Source: Leptolyngbyaceae cyanobacterium (lineage in GTDB: Bacteria > Cyanobacteriota > Cyanobacteriia > Phormidesmidales > Phormidesmidaceae). From it: 64,000 nucleotides of DNA. The position numbers and the translations under genes were made by a program. Within the stretch, counting starts at the first letter, position 1, and the number at the start of each line of letters is the position of its first letter. The stretch covers positions 1,216,001 through 1,280,000 of the forward strand of contig CBDHHL010000032.1 in assembly GCA_965263355.1 (NCBI GenBank). The letters run 5' to 3'. Below, piece after piece: positions 1 to 9,162 of the stretch. The notes below the pieces were generated by a model, which was given only the letters and a program-made list of their open reading frames with translations, ran no database searches and had not been told where the DNA came from.

Positions 1-2
1 AC

Positions 3-917
3 GAGTACGAAAGCATTCCATTACTGATCGAGCAAATCAGTGGAGTAGCTCAGTTGATGGATGTACCTTACGAGCTGATTTGTGTGGATGATGGTTCAAC
101 CGATGGATCTGGGGAGCTACTCAAAAAATTGGCCAGGGAACGTCATGACCTACGGGTTATCTTGCTGCGGCGAAACTATGGACAAACCCCGGCCATGGCA
201 GCTGGATTTAATTACGCCAGAGGACGGGTCATTGTCACCCTGGATGGCGATTTGCAAAATGAGCCTGCCGATATCGCTACGGTTTACCATAAGCTCCATG
301 AAGGGTACGACCTCGTAAGTGGCTGGCGTAAAGATAGGCAGGATGATGCGGTGACGCGGTTGCTACCTTCGAAAATTGCCAACTGGCTGATTGCCCGCGT
401 GACCGGGGTACAGCTCCATGACTATGGCTGTTCGCTCAAGGCCTACAGTGCTGATGTTGTAAAAGACATGAATCTCTATGGTGAACTGCATCGCTTTTTA
501 CCTGCGTTGGCTTATATAGAAGGGGCCCGCATTAGTGAAGTGCCTGTACGTCACCATGCGCGTCAGTTTGGCCAAAGTAAGTACGGTTTAGGACGCACGT
601 TTCGGGTGGTATTAGACCTGCTGACCATTTACTTTATGAAGACGTTTCTCACACGCCCCATGCATGTATTTGGTCCGTTTGGTGCGATTTCTGTCTTTGC
701 TGGTCTGGGTCTCAGTGTTTATTTGGCGTTTGTGAAGTTTATTTTGAACGCTGAGATTGGTAATCGTCCCCTGTTGTTGTTGTCCGTGGTGTTGTTTATC
801 TCAGGCATTCAACTATTGAGTGTAGGGCTGTTAGCTGAGCTGATGATGCGCACCTATCACGAGTCACAAAAACGCCCTATTTATCGAGTGCGAGAAATAA
901 TCGGCGGCAAAATTTAA
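3..917 (+). CDS. Glycosyltransferase family 2 (ArnC/DPM1-like), 5'-truncated by the window edge
   Basis: Frame is open from position 3 (EYESIPLLIEQ...). Motifs VDDGSTDG, RNYGQT, DGDLQ and DYGCSLKAY; two C-terminal TM helices. Confidence 0.9.
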   Translation, partial: EYESIPLLIEQISGVAQLMDVPYELICVDDGSTDGSGELLKKLARERHDLRVILLRRNYGQTPAMAAGFNYARGRVIVTLDGDLQNEPADIATVYHKLHEGYDLVSGWRKDRQDDAVTRLLPSKIANWLIARVTGVQLHDYGCSLKAYSADVVKDMNLYGELHRFLPALAYIEGARISEVPVRHHARQFGQSKYGLGRTFRVVLDLLTIYFMKTFLTRPMHVFGPFGAISVFAGLGLSVYLAFVKFILNAEIGNRPLLLLSVVLFISGIQLLSVGLLAELMMRTYHESQKRPIYRVREIIGGKI

Positions 918-927
918 GTTTGGGTGT

Positions 928-966
928 ATGGATGCCTAATCTTGAATGGATGCCTAATCTTGAATG
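928..966. repeat. 18-bp perfect tandem duplication (ATGGATGCCTAATCTTGA x2)
   Basis: Units at 928-945 and 946-963; they duplicate the last codons and stop of the DUF4346 gene. Confidence 0.85.
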
Positions 967-1361
967 TAGGGGGCACCATTGACGAGGGAAATTTCAGCAC
1001 GCATAAACTCTCGTCCAAGATAGGCGGCATGGTCCAGATAGCTAATGGGACAGGGGTTTTCTTTGTCCTCGAACAGTTTTATGCACAGCTCCTTAGCAGT
1101 GCGCCCCTGATACAAACGAGTTTCTTGGCGTGGTGGGGTATCTTTTTTACATACCAAGGGTTCACCAGTTTCAGGATCACAGGCCACACCTTTGTCGTTA
1201 ATCACATTGGTGAAATGTTTAGCGCAGATGAGTCCTTGGTCAGTGTCTAAATAGATCAGGAAATAACCGTCAGGATCAAGTGCAATAAATCGTTTGGATA
1301 GCTTATCGTCTAAGTCCTTGAGCGTATCGGCAGAGGGACTACTATATTGACTGGTGGTCAT
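954..1361 (-). CDS. DUF4346 domain-containing protein
   Basis: LDPDGYFLIY, GRTAKEL and HAAYLGRE...YIQD motifs typical of DUF4346. Confidence 0.85.
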   Translation of the reverse strand: MTTSQYSSPSADTLKDLDDKLSKRFIALDPDGYFLIYLDTDQGLICAKHFTNVINDKGVACDPETGEPLVCKKDTPPRQETRLYQGRTAKELCIKLFEDKENPCPISYLDHAAYLGREFMRAEISLVNGAPYIQD

Positions 1362-1431
1362 GGCAGAGAAGCGGTTTCAAATTAAGTTTCTTTGAGTCCC
1401 ATATTCTACCGTGCAGACTCTTTAATTTCAC

Positions 1432-2649
1432 TTATCCGCCAGTTCCTGCTTCCTCAATAACTAAGGGCTTGAGGGGCAAATCTGCATTGATATGGTCGAT
1501 TTCTTGTTGTTCGGCGGCGTTAATCCGGTCGATATAGTTATCGAGGACCTGGGCTAATGTAGGATGATAAAACTTATGCAGGCTATGGTTAGGCGCGGCA
1601 GGAAACCCACGACGTTTTTTGTGACGTCCACCGGCACCAGGGTCAAATTGTTGAATGCCGTTGGCAATGGCCCAGTCGATGGGTTCATAGTAGCAGGCAT
1701 TGAAGTGGAGATGGTTGTAGTCTTCGTGAGCGCCCCAGTAGCGGCCATAGAGCAAATCGCCTTTGGTTAAGCAAAAGGACATGCCGATGGGGTCGTTGCT
1801 ATCGTCGCTGTAGGCAGCAAAAATGACGGTGCGATCGCAATACTCCGGATGCAGCTGCTGAAAAAACTTACGCGTGAGATACTTGCTACCCCACCAGCCA
1901 AACTTATCGCAGGTATCACTATAAAAGTCGTAAACCAAATTGCATAGAGTATCTGATAGACCATCGCCGCTGTGCACCTCAAAGTGCAGCCCAGCTTTAG
2001 CAACCGATTTACGCTCCCGCTTAATATTGCGACGCTGGTTAGCATTAAAGCGAGCCAGGTAGTCATCAAACGTTTTGTAGCCTTCGTTTTTCCAGATATA
2101 GCTATGGTGCAGCCACTTATAAAAACCTAGCGCTTCCATAGAACTCTGCCAGACAGGGTCAGCATACAGAAAATGGCAGCCTGAAATCTGATTTTGCAGG
2201 CAAAACTGATCGATGGCCGCCACCATTACCTGGGTGAGTGTGGCCTCATCTTCCCCAGTGGCAATCAAAAACCGGTAGCCCTCAGCAGGGGTAAAGGGTG
2301 ACATACCCAATAACTTTGGATAGTAGTCAATCCCCAGCTGATCGGCTAAATCAGCCCACTGATGATCAAAAATAAACTCACCACGACTATGACCCTTGAG
2401 GTACAGCGGTGCGGCTGCGACTAGTTTGTCTTTGTACCACACTGTCAGATGGTTAGGCAGCCAGCCTGTCTGAGCTTTAGTACTGCCGGATGTTTCCATA
2501 GAATTGAGCCAAAACCACTCAAAAAAAGGTGTTTTGAGCGGTTGCGCCATGCTATCCCAGTCTGCTGCAGACAGGTCTGCCATACGATTAACCCAACGCA
2601 GCGTGTAGTCGGTCAATGACTCAGTTATGGTTGTCCCCATTCTTGGCAT
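1432..2649 (-). CDS. FemAB-like GNAT-fold protein (DUF482 family)
   Basis: YLKGHSRGEFIFDHQWA, PFTPAEG, LYGRYWG, HFNACYY and GAGGRHKKRRGF motifs. Confidence 0.85.
   Translation of the reverse strand: MPRMGTTITESLTDYTLRWVNRMADLSAADWDSMAQPLKTPFFEWFWLNSMETSGSTKAQTGWLPNHLTVWYKDKLVAAAPLYLKGHSRGEFIFDHQWADLADQLGIDYYPKLLGMSPFTPAEGYRFLIATGEDEATLTQVMVAAIDQFCLQNQISGCHFLYADPVWQSSMEALGFYKWLHHSYIWKNEGYKTFDDYLARFNANQRRNIKRERKSVAKAGLHFEVHSGDGLSDTLCNLVYDFYSDTCDKFGWWGSKYLTRKFFQQLHPEYCDRTVIFAAYSDDSNDPIGMSFCLTKGDLLYGRYWGAHEDYNHLHFNACYYEPIDWAIANGIQQFDPGAGGRHKKRRGFPAAPNHSLHKFYHPTLAQVLDNYIDRINAAEQQEIDHINADLPLKPLVIEEAGTGG
1831..1838. repeat. HIP1 octamer GCGATCGC (representative copy; about 25 in the window)
   Basis: Copies seen at 1831, 6316, 6821, 7683, 9766, 12471, 13581, 15658, 17411, 18793, 21129, 23871, 29659, 33472, 34544, 34673, 39021, 42469, 43777, 47048, 47529, 52789, 53452, 55898 and 57686 (manual count). 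Confidence 0.9.
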
Positions 2650-2685
2650 AGCGTTATTGGTTCTTTACGGTAATGTAGCGCGGTA

Positions 2686-2769
2686 GATGGGGAATGGGAA
2701 GACGGGGAATAGGGAATGGGAATCCCCAACGGGCAATGGGCAATGGGAATCCCCAATGGGCAATGGGCA
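2686..2769. repeat. STRR-like short tandem repeat tract (GGGAAT / GGGCAAT units)
   Basis: Intergenic run that includes a near-perfect duplication of AATGGGAATCCCCAAYGGGCAATGGGCA. Confidence 0.75.
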
Positions 2770-2779
2770 GCGAGATTTT

Positions 2780-3496
2780 TTACCGCTGTCGTTGGTAATT
2801 TAAGAACACTTCATTCCCAATGGTTTGATTGGATATCAGTCTGAACCTGGGAGCATTTGCTAGGGAGAACCCAGGACCATCGCAGGGTGTGGGAGCATTA
2901 TAGCCACCGATGATCAAGGGACAAATGGTCAACCAGAGTTCATCAATCAGATCTATGGCCATGAGGTCGGCAACCAATTGACCACCACCCATTACCACTA
3001 GATGATGATTGCCCAGAGTTTTAAGTTCGGTCAAAATTTGTTGCCAGTCAAAATGGTTTGTATTTTGCTGAGTGGGTGCGTTCCAGATACGCTCAAAGTT
3101 ATCTTTTCCTTGCCAGGGTTCACCCCCTCTGGCGGTGGTTATTAACCAGCGCGGAACTGGCTGACTAAAGAAGGGTGCAGTCGGATCCAGCTGTCCTGAT
3201 GCAGAGCAGACAATCTGCAGTGGCTGGGGATTTTTTTGGTGTTGACGTCGTTTTTCCAATAGGTCTAGATCTTTAATGATGGCAGTGGTGCCGTAGGCTC
3301 TTAGGGTGCCAGCTCCAAATAACGTGGCATCTGCCTTGGCTAAACACTGTTCGAGATGGCGTTGATCAGCGTTTGATGGAAACCGGGCGGCAGTACGATG
3401 GGTATCGCTGATTTTGCCATCAGCACTCATGGCCAAAATAGTAGTGACGTGGGGACGACTTGTCGGTTTATGGCTACGCTTGTGAGCTGGCGGCAT
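2780..3496 (-). CDS. RibD C-terminal (DHFR-fold) reductase family protein
   Basis: LAMSADGKI, GAGTLR, GGGQL and IDELWLTICPLIIGG; no deaminase domain. Confidence 0.85.
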   Translation of the reverse strand: MPPAHKRSHKPTSRPHVTTILAMSADGKISDTHRTAARFPSNADQRHLEQCLAKADATLFGAGTLRAYGTTAIIKDLDLLEKRRQHQKNPQPLQIVCSASGQLDPTAPFFSQPVPRWLITTARGGEPWQGKDNFERIWNAPTQQNTNHFDWQQILTELKTLGNHHLVVMGGGQLVADLMAIDLIDELWLTICPLIIGGYNAPTPCDGPGFSLANAPRFRLISNQTIGNEVFLNYQRQR

Positions 3497-3955
3497 GGGC
3501 TTATTGGTACATAAATAGCTGTATTGGCTAGTCGGCTAGCTTGGTTGCAAAACATGTCATGTGTGATGCCCGTCAACATTTGGTTTCAGGCGATTGAGTA
3601 ACCTTTGATAAGGCTTCATCTATATGAGTGCTAATTCAACTTTTGGCAAGGTAGCCGGTAGTGAGGTAAGACCAGTCGATAAACTAGGTGGGTGCTGGTA
3701 CCGGTATCAGTAGTAACACAATGGTCGTAAGTACGATTATTGTGAAAACTGATATTGATGCATGGTGATTTAGCAGTAGAGATAACATCGAGATAGACGA
3801 AGCTTTCATGGGGGCGAGGTAGCTTCGATTAGACTATGGCAGGCTGGTAGGTATTTCTTATACGTCGTTATCTATGATTTGGAAGCTATGTCTTATCTAC
3901 AATCCCTGTTGAAATCAGTGGCGATTCTTAGATTCTTATAAGTTTTTAGCGGTTT

Positions 3956-5995
3956 ATGGCTAAGCGTCCTCTTTCATTTCGTCGGTTATTAATACTGCGT
4001 ATTTTGCTGTTGAGTACACCAGTGCTACTCATTGGCCAAGCAATTACGTTGCGTAAGGCACGTTCAAGCCTATTGGAAACTGCGCGGCAAAATTTAACGA
4101 GCAGTGCCATTAATAAGGCTACTGGTTTGAAGGAAAGTGTGCGAGCAGTAGAGTCTGAACTGATGCTCTTGGCAGATAGCCAAGCTTTGAAATCAGGAGA
4201 AACGAAAGATATTGAGCAGACTTTAAGGCGCTATATCGATATTGCTTCCCATCAAGTTGGCTGTTTGGAGTTGACTGATGCTGAAACAGGGAAGGTGTTA
4301 CAAACGTCCATGAGCTGTGGGGCGTCGTTGTTGCCAACACCGTTACAGTTGCCCTGGCAGCAGGATCCCACAGGGAAAGCGGACTTTTATTTAGTCGATC
4401 TGGATAGTCCTTATCGGACAGATACAGAGGTAGTGCCAGAGGCGGTTTCAGATCTCAATGATGAGCGGGGGATGCATCCTTCTCTGCTCGATTTAATTGT
4501 GGCCACACCGATTTATAACCCGGAAGGCAAGCTGCGCTACACCTTGTCTGCTCAGCTCGGGTTTACTCAGCTGGAGGATACCAATCCCCGTTCATTAGTA
4601 GGTAAAACCGTCATTATTGACCCCAATGGCATTGTAGTGACCCATCCTGACCCTAATTTAGTCGGTCTTTCGGTGGATGATCTCCGGGGGGCTGATCGGT
4701 TTGTGAGCATCATTAGTAGTATTCGGGTGGGGAATGCGGATACTTTACACCTGTTTAGCTTGTTGGAAAGTGGTGATGAATGGCTAGCAGGCTATAGTGG
4801 CGCGAAGCTACCAATTTCTACGGGACAGACCCAAACCTGGAATGTGCTGGCGGTGACGCCACTTGATCAGGCCCTCCATGCTTTGGGGGAAATTCGCATG
4901 ATTTTATTCCTGCTGACGCTGGGGTTACTGGGGGCTAATGCGCTGCTGGCTCTCTATGTGGCGCGTAGTTTGTCATTACCTGTGGAGCGGTTAATTCATT
5001 ACACTCAACAGGTGCAAGATCTTTCCTCTGAGGTGAAAGCAGCTCCTAAAAACCGAAGTATTTGGGAGTTAGACTACCTGGGCAAGGTATTAGAACGGAT
5101 GCTACGTCGCCTGGAGGGTGGAGCCCAAGAGCTACGCCAGGCTTGGGAAAATGCTCAAATGGCAAACCAGCTTAAAAATGAGTTTTTAGCAAATACCTCC
5201 CATGAGTTGCGTACGCCGCTCAATGCCATTATTGGTTGTGTCCGTCTGGTGCGGGATGGCTGCTGTGATGATCGTGAAGAGGAGCTAGAGTTTTTAGAGC
5301 GGGCTGATAATGCGGCAATTCACTTGCTGAAGATTATCAATGACATTTTGGATATTGCCAAAATCGAATCGGGCACCATGAGCCTTGATTTAGAAACGTT
5401 GGATTTGGGGCATGTTGTTCAAGCGGTTCTAGATATGCAAGCGCTGCAGATTGAACAAAAAGGGTTAGCTCTATATCGTCCTCAAAAGTCAGAGCCAATT
5501 TGGGTAAAGGGTGATGGCGATAAGCTAAAACAAGTGTTGCTGAACATTGTCTACAATGCGATCAAATTTACCCATAGTGGCAGTATTACGGCCAAAATAG
5601 AGGTGGTCCATACGGTAGATGCCTCGGACGATGATTCAGATGGGGTACCTGCACCTCGGGTCAGTGTGACTATTCAGGATACGGGCATTGGCATTGATCC
5701 CAAGGACCAACAAAAACTATTCCATCCGTTTGTCATGGTGGATGGTACTCATACGCGCAGTTATGAGGGCACAGGTCTAGGGTTGGCCATTTCGAAGAAC
5801 TTTATGAAACTAATGGGCGGTAGTATTGGTCTCTACAGCGCAGGTGTGGGGCAAGGGACGGCTGTGACGGTGAGCTTACCGCTGTTGGCTAATCAAGGTG
5901 AAACTGAGACTGAAGATGAGGAGCCTGAGCAAGTTGATAATTATGGGACTCCAGTAGCCGAACAGGTTTTGGTAGGGCAGACGGTAGATGGTTAA
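3956..5995 (+). CDS. Membrane sensor histidine kinase (Cache-like periplasmic domain, HisKA, HATPase)
   Basis: Two TM segments; H-box FLANTSHELRTPLN, N-box NAIKFT, G-boxes DTGIG and GTGLGL. Confidence 0.92.
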   Translation: MAKRPLSFRRLLILRILLLSTPVLLIGQAITLRKARSSLLETARQNLTSSAINKATGLKESVRAVESELMLLADSQALKSGETKDIEQTLRRYIDIASHQVGCLELTDAETGKVLQTSMSCGASLLPTPLQLPWQQDPTGKADFYLVDLDSPYRTDTEVVPEAVSDLNDERGMHPSLLDLIVATPIYNPEGKLRYTLSAQLGFTQLEDTNPRSLVGKTVIIDPNGIVVTHPDPNLVGLSVDDLRGADRFVSIISSIRVGNADTLHLFSLLESGDEWLAGYSGAKLPISTGQTQTWNVLAVTPLDQALHALGEIRMILFLLTLGLLGANALLALYVARSLSLPVERLIHYTQQVQDLSSEVKAAPKNRSIWELDYLGKVLERMLRRLEGGAQELRQAWENAQMANQLKNEFLANTSHELRTPLNAIIGCVRLVRDGCCDDREEELEFLERADNAAIHLLKIINDILDIAKIESGTMSLDLETLDLGHVVQAVLDMQALQIEQKGLALYRPQKSEPIWVKGDGDKLKQVLLNIVYNAIKFTHSGSITAKIEVVHTVDASDDDSDGVPAPRVSVTIQDTGIGIDPKDQQKLFHPFVMVDGTHTRSYEGTGLGLAISKNFMKLMGGSIGLYSAGVGQGTAVTVSLPLLANQGETETEDEEPEQVDNYGTPVAEQVLVGQTVDG

Positions 5996-6030
5996 TAATG
6001 AGATGGATAGTTGACGATGGGGTTAGGCCC

Positions 6031-7056
6031 CTAGTTGCCAATCTCTATCCAAATGCCTTGCTGGTTTAGGGATTGGCTAAGGGCTTCTAAGATGGCGACC
6101 AATTTTGTGCCGACAGACCCTGAGGATAAGGCAGATGGCTGATTGGTGACGGCACTTTGGACGAAGTGGTTACACATGGTGGCCAGGGGTTCTTGATTGG
6201 GGATTGGTACTGACTCGGTGTTTAACTTTGTAGGCTGAAATGTGTCGGTTTCTAACTCACCAAACTGCAGAGTTAGGGGAGAAGCCGGGCGCATTTCATC
6301 GAAGATCAGGCTACCGCGATCGCAAACCACGCTTAATAGCCGCTGTTTGTGGGGATTGGCCCAACATAGATGAATGGTCGCCTCAAAGCCACTGGCATAG
6401 CAGAGACGACACCAGACGACATCAGCTAGGGGCTTAGTTTGGTCCGAACGTTCTAGCCAGTTAAGCCCTTGGGCTTGAACACGGGTGGGAGTATCGCTCA
6501 GCCAATGGTTAAAAATAGCAATGTCATGAATTGCCAGATCCCAAAGCGCATCGACATCATGACGAACAGGCCCAAGATTCGTGCGGGCGGCATAGCCGTA
6601 ACGTGGAATCCCTAACCTGGCTAGGTGGGTCTTTGCTTGACCAACAGCGGGGTGAAAAAGATAGGTGTGGTCAATAAACAACTGCCGGTTTTGCTGCTGA
6701 GCCAGACGGCAGAGCGCTGCGGAGGTGTCAGCGGTTAGAGTCAGCGGTTTTTCGCAAAGGACGTGGAGCTGGTGTTTGAGGGCTGCAGTGACAATGGCTT
6801 CGTGGGTAGTGGCTGGTGTGGCGATCGCAACTGCGTTTAACCCGTCAATGTCCAAGGCAGGCTGCCAATTGGCTAACCGTACCACTGAGTCATCCAGACT
6901 AAATTTTTCGGCGATGGCCGTTAACCGCTCAGATGAGGGATCGATCACTGCGCGTACCTGAATTTTTGGATGGGCTAAAAAGTTGCGTAATAGGTGGGTG
7001 CCCCATCGTCCCACCCCCATAAGTGCCAGCTGAATTTGACCTGTATTTGGCTCCAT
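6031..7056 (-). CDS. Gfo/Idh/MocA family oxidoreductase
   Basis: GVGRWG Rossmann motif, HVLCEKPL and DLAIHD. Start placed at MEPNTG; an upstream start is possible. Confidence 0.88.
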   Translation of the reverse strand: MEPNTGQIQLALMGVGRWGTHLLRNFLAHPKIQVRAVIDPSSERLTAIAEKFSLDDSVVRLANWQPALDIDGLNAVAIATPATTHEAIVTAALKHQLHVLCEKPLTLTADTSAALCRLAQQQNRQLFIDHTYLFHPAVGQAKTHLARLGIPRYGYAARTNLGPVRHDVDALWDLAIHDIAIFNHWLSDTPTRVQAQGLNWLERSDQTKPLADVVWCRLCYASGFEATIHLCWANPHKQRLLSVVCDRGSLIFDEMRPASPLTLQFGELETDTFQPTKLNTESVPIPNQEPLATMCNHFVQSAVTNQPSALSSGSVGTKLVAILEALSQSLNQQGIWIEIGN

Positions 7057-7197
7057 GGCTATGTGCTCTTTAAATTGTCTATGGTCTGGCTGGCTGCAGT
7101 CCATTATGTGCATAGGCGGTGTCTAAACTGCCTGATTTTGATTTAAACCTTGTCCAAGTCCAAAACTGGAGTTTTTCCCTAGAAGAACCTAAAGGTT

Positions 7198-7977
7198 TTA
7201 ACTTGGACGTGGTTTAGGCGTAATTAAAGGCTCTAACTGTTGGTAGGCTTGCTGAGCTGCCTGTTGTTCTGCCTGTTTAATGGATGAGCCTTTACCATCT
7301 CCCCACAGTTTGCCCTGATAGTGTACCTGTGCATAAAAACGCTCTGGGTCACCATGGCGTTGGCTAATTTCTTTGACGGTATATTGAGGTAATTGTTTGT
7401 TGTGGGCCTGGGTCAGTTCTTGTAGGGCCGCCTTGTAATTTTGGCGGGCGGGATCATTTTTAATAGTTTGGGTGAGGCGCTCAAAGTAGCGATCTAGCCA
7501 GGGACGGATAAGACTCAGGTTATGGGTACTCAGGTATAGGGCCCCCAGGACTGCTTCAAAGGCGTCGGCCAGACGTGAATTTTGCCCGGCCCGGTCGCCA
7601 GCGGCACTGGTCGATATGTGTAGGTAGCGGCTAAAGTTGTATTCTTGGGCCAAAATTGCCAAATTACGATCGCTGACAAGTTGCGATCGCACTGCTGCCA
7701 TTTCCCCCACAGACATATGAGGATGGGCTGTTTGCAAAAACTCTGCTGCTGCCAGTCTTAAAGCTGCGTCGCCTAGAAATTCTAAAATTTCGTTATTGTG
7801 CTCAGCTGAACTAGAAATATCTACCAATGCCTGATGCAGCAAATCCCAGCGTACGGCTGCACTGTTGGTGAGTCCTAACTTCGCTATAAATTTTTCTAGG
7901 TCCCGTTGTCGTCGGGGATCATCTTGCAAGGTCCTCTGCGTATTGCCCTTTGCCTGTTGGCCATTCACCATTGACAC
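7198..7977 (-). CDS. rnc: Ribonuclease III
   Basis: NEILEFLGDA signature, ADAFEAVLGA and C-terminal dsRBD (NYKAALQE...AEQQAA). Confidence 0.93.
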   Translation of the reverse strand: MSMVNGQQAKGNTQRTLQDDPRRQRDLEKFIAKLGLTNSAAVRWDLLHQALVDISSSAEHNNEILEFLGDAALRLAAAEFLQTAHPHMSVGEMAAVRSQLVSDRNLAILAQEYNFSRYLHISTSAAGDRAGQNSRLADAFEAVLGALYLSTHNLSLIRPWLDRYFERLTQTIKNDPARQNYKAALQELTQAHNKQLPQYTVKEISQRHGDPERFYAQVHYQGKLWGDGKGSSIKQAEQQAAQQAYQQLEPLITPKPRPS

Positions 7978-7983
7978 TTATTT

Positions 7984-8000
7984 GGTGGGCGTTGCCCACC
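7984..8000. repeat. GGTGGGC-GTT-GCCCACC palindrome (REP-like short dispersed repeat) between rnpB and rnc
   Basis: Perfect 7-bp stem with a 3-nt loop; resembles a common cyanobacterial intergenic palindrome. Confidence 0.55.
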
Positions 8001-8017
8001 CTCCTACCTGAAAAAAT

Positions 8018-8418
8018 GGAAAGAGTCAGCCGTAAGCCGGGTTCTGTTCTCGCTGATGTCATCATCAACGGGCGGTTATCTATCTGGGACGACTGTTACC
8101 AGTTGCCTCTAGCGGTACACCAAACACGGGGCTGGAAAAAGGTCAACCATGACCCCTGCGACCTTGCTCCTGGCCGGGGTTTACCGAGCCAGTACCTCTC
8201 GATACTGCTGGTGCGCTCTTACCGCACCTTTGCACCCTTACCTGTAGTGGACCTGCCACCCATCGGCGGTATGTTTCTGTGGCACTATCCTCACGGTCAC
8301 CCGCACTGGGAGTTACCCAGCAAGCCTGACCTTTCAGGAGCCCGGACTTTCCTCAAGCTAAGGGCTTAGCCCGCAAGCTAAACGCGCTTAGCCCGCAACC
8401 GCAGCACCAACTCTTTCC
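8018..8418 (-). ncRNA. rnpB: RNase P RNA, bacterial type A
   Basis: Minus strand has GAGGAAAGTCCGGG (P4 5' side) and AACAGAACCCGGCTTA (P4 3' side); the ends GGAAAGAGTTGG and CTGACTCTTTCC pair as P1. Confidence 0.97.
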
Positions 8419-8584
8419 GACTAACTATAATATCCCCTGCAGCGTCATGGTGAATTGGAGGATGCATTACAGCGGTTCTCGATTGAGATGAATCTATTCA
8501 GGGGGTATAAGTGAGTAGTGATTGAGGAGGTATTGAATACGGGTGAGAAACACTACATACCTACATTCATTGAGTGGATGTTGA

Positions 8585-8872
8585 CTATTGCAAATGAGGT
8601 AATAGCCCAGAACGTTCTAAGACAAGTTTGACTTGCTCATTTAGTCCCTTGGCAACAATCTTTCCACCAGCTCGATTAGATTGTAAAACGCCTTCCCATA
8701 GTACAGATGCAGCTTCAGGTTCGAGAAATTTTGTTTTTGCCATGTCAATGATCAGAACAACACCGGGCTGAATCTTTTGCTTTAAATCTTTCTCAAAAAA
8801 TGGTGTGATAAAGCTATCGACACGACTGGGTAAACGGATGACTGTGTAAGCAGAATGCGAGCTTGTATACAT
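8585..8872 (-). CDS. STAS domain protein (anti-sigma factor antagonist-like)
   Basis: 95 aa with the STAS pattern VIRLPSRVD...LIIDMAKTKFL...VKLVLERSGL. Confidence 0.75.
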   Translation of the reverse strand: MYTSSHSAYTVIRLPSRVDSFITPFFEKDLKQKIQPGVVLIIDMAKTKFLEPEAASVLWEGVLQSNRAGGKIVAKGLNEQVKLVLERSGLLPHLQ

Positions 8873-9106
8873 ATTTGATAAACGTTACTCAGTACAGGAC
8901 TACTGTAAGTGAAATGCTCTAGGCCAGCCCTGAGGCGTTTTACGGAGATACGGAGTTCATTCGATAAAGTTTGACGTATTTAGCGGTTTGTCAAAACTGC
9001 GCCTCCTAAAAAATACTGAAAATTTCGCAGTGTCAACAGGCTTAATGTTGCATTGCATGATGTATGCCATGGATTGCGAGTGCACAGTAAATTTGCGATC
9101 AATCTC

Positions 9107-9131
9107 ACTCAAACTCATCATGAGTTTGAGT
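9107..9131. promoter_or_regulatory. Perfect 12-1-12 inverted repeat, candidate operator of the ZIP transporter
   Basis: ACTCAAACTCAT-C-ATGAGTTTGAGT ends 31 bp upstream of the ATG at 9163. Confidence 0.6.
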
Positions 9132-9162
9132 TAAGATAAAGGCCTGAGTTGGCGATCTTTTT

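Noticed and set aside
924..1250. 108-aa plus-strand ORF
   Set aside because: Antisense shadow of the DUF4346 gene; its repeated N-terminus comes from the 18-bp duplication.
3497..3955. Possible riboswitch or sRNA in the 460-bp spacer between the RibD-like gene and the histidine kinase
   Set aside because: Only a weak hairpin (CGAAGCT...AGCTTCG); no FMN or other riboswitch consensus recognised. An Rfam cmscan would settle it.
7950..8369. 139-aa plus-strand ORF
   Set aside because: Lies antisense to rnpB; a typical spurious call.
8468..8492. TACAGCGGTTCTCGATTGAGATGAA, resembling a cyanobacterial MITE end
   Set aside because: No convincing matching inverted end or target-site duplication found nearby.
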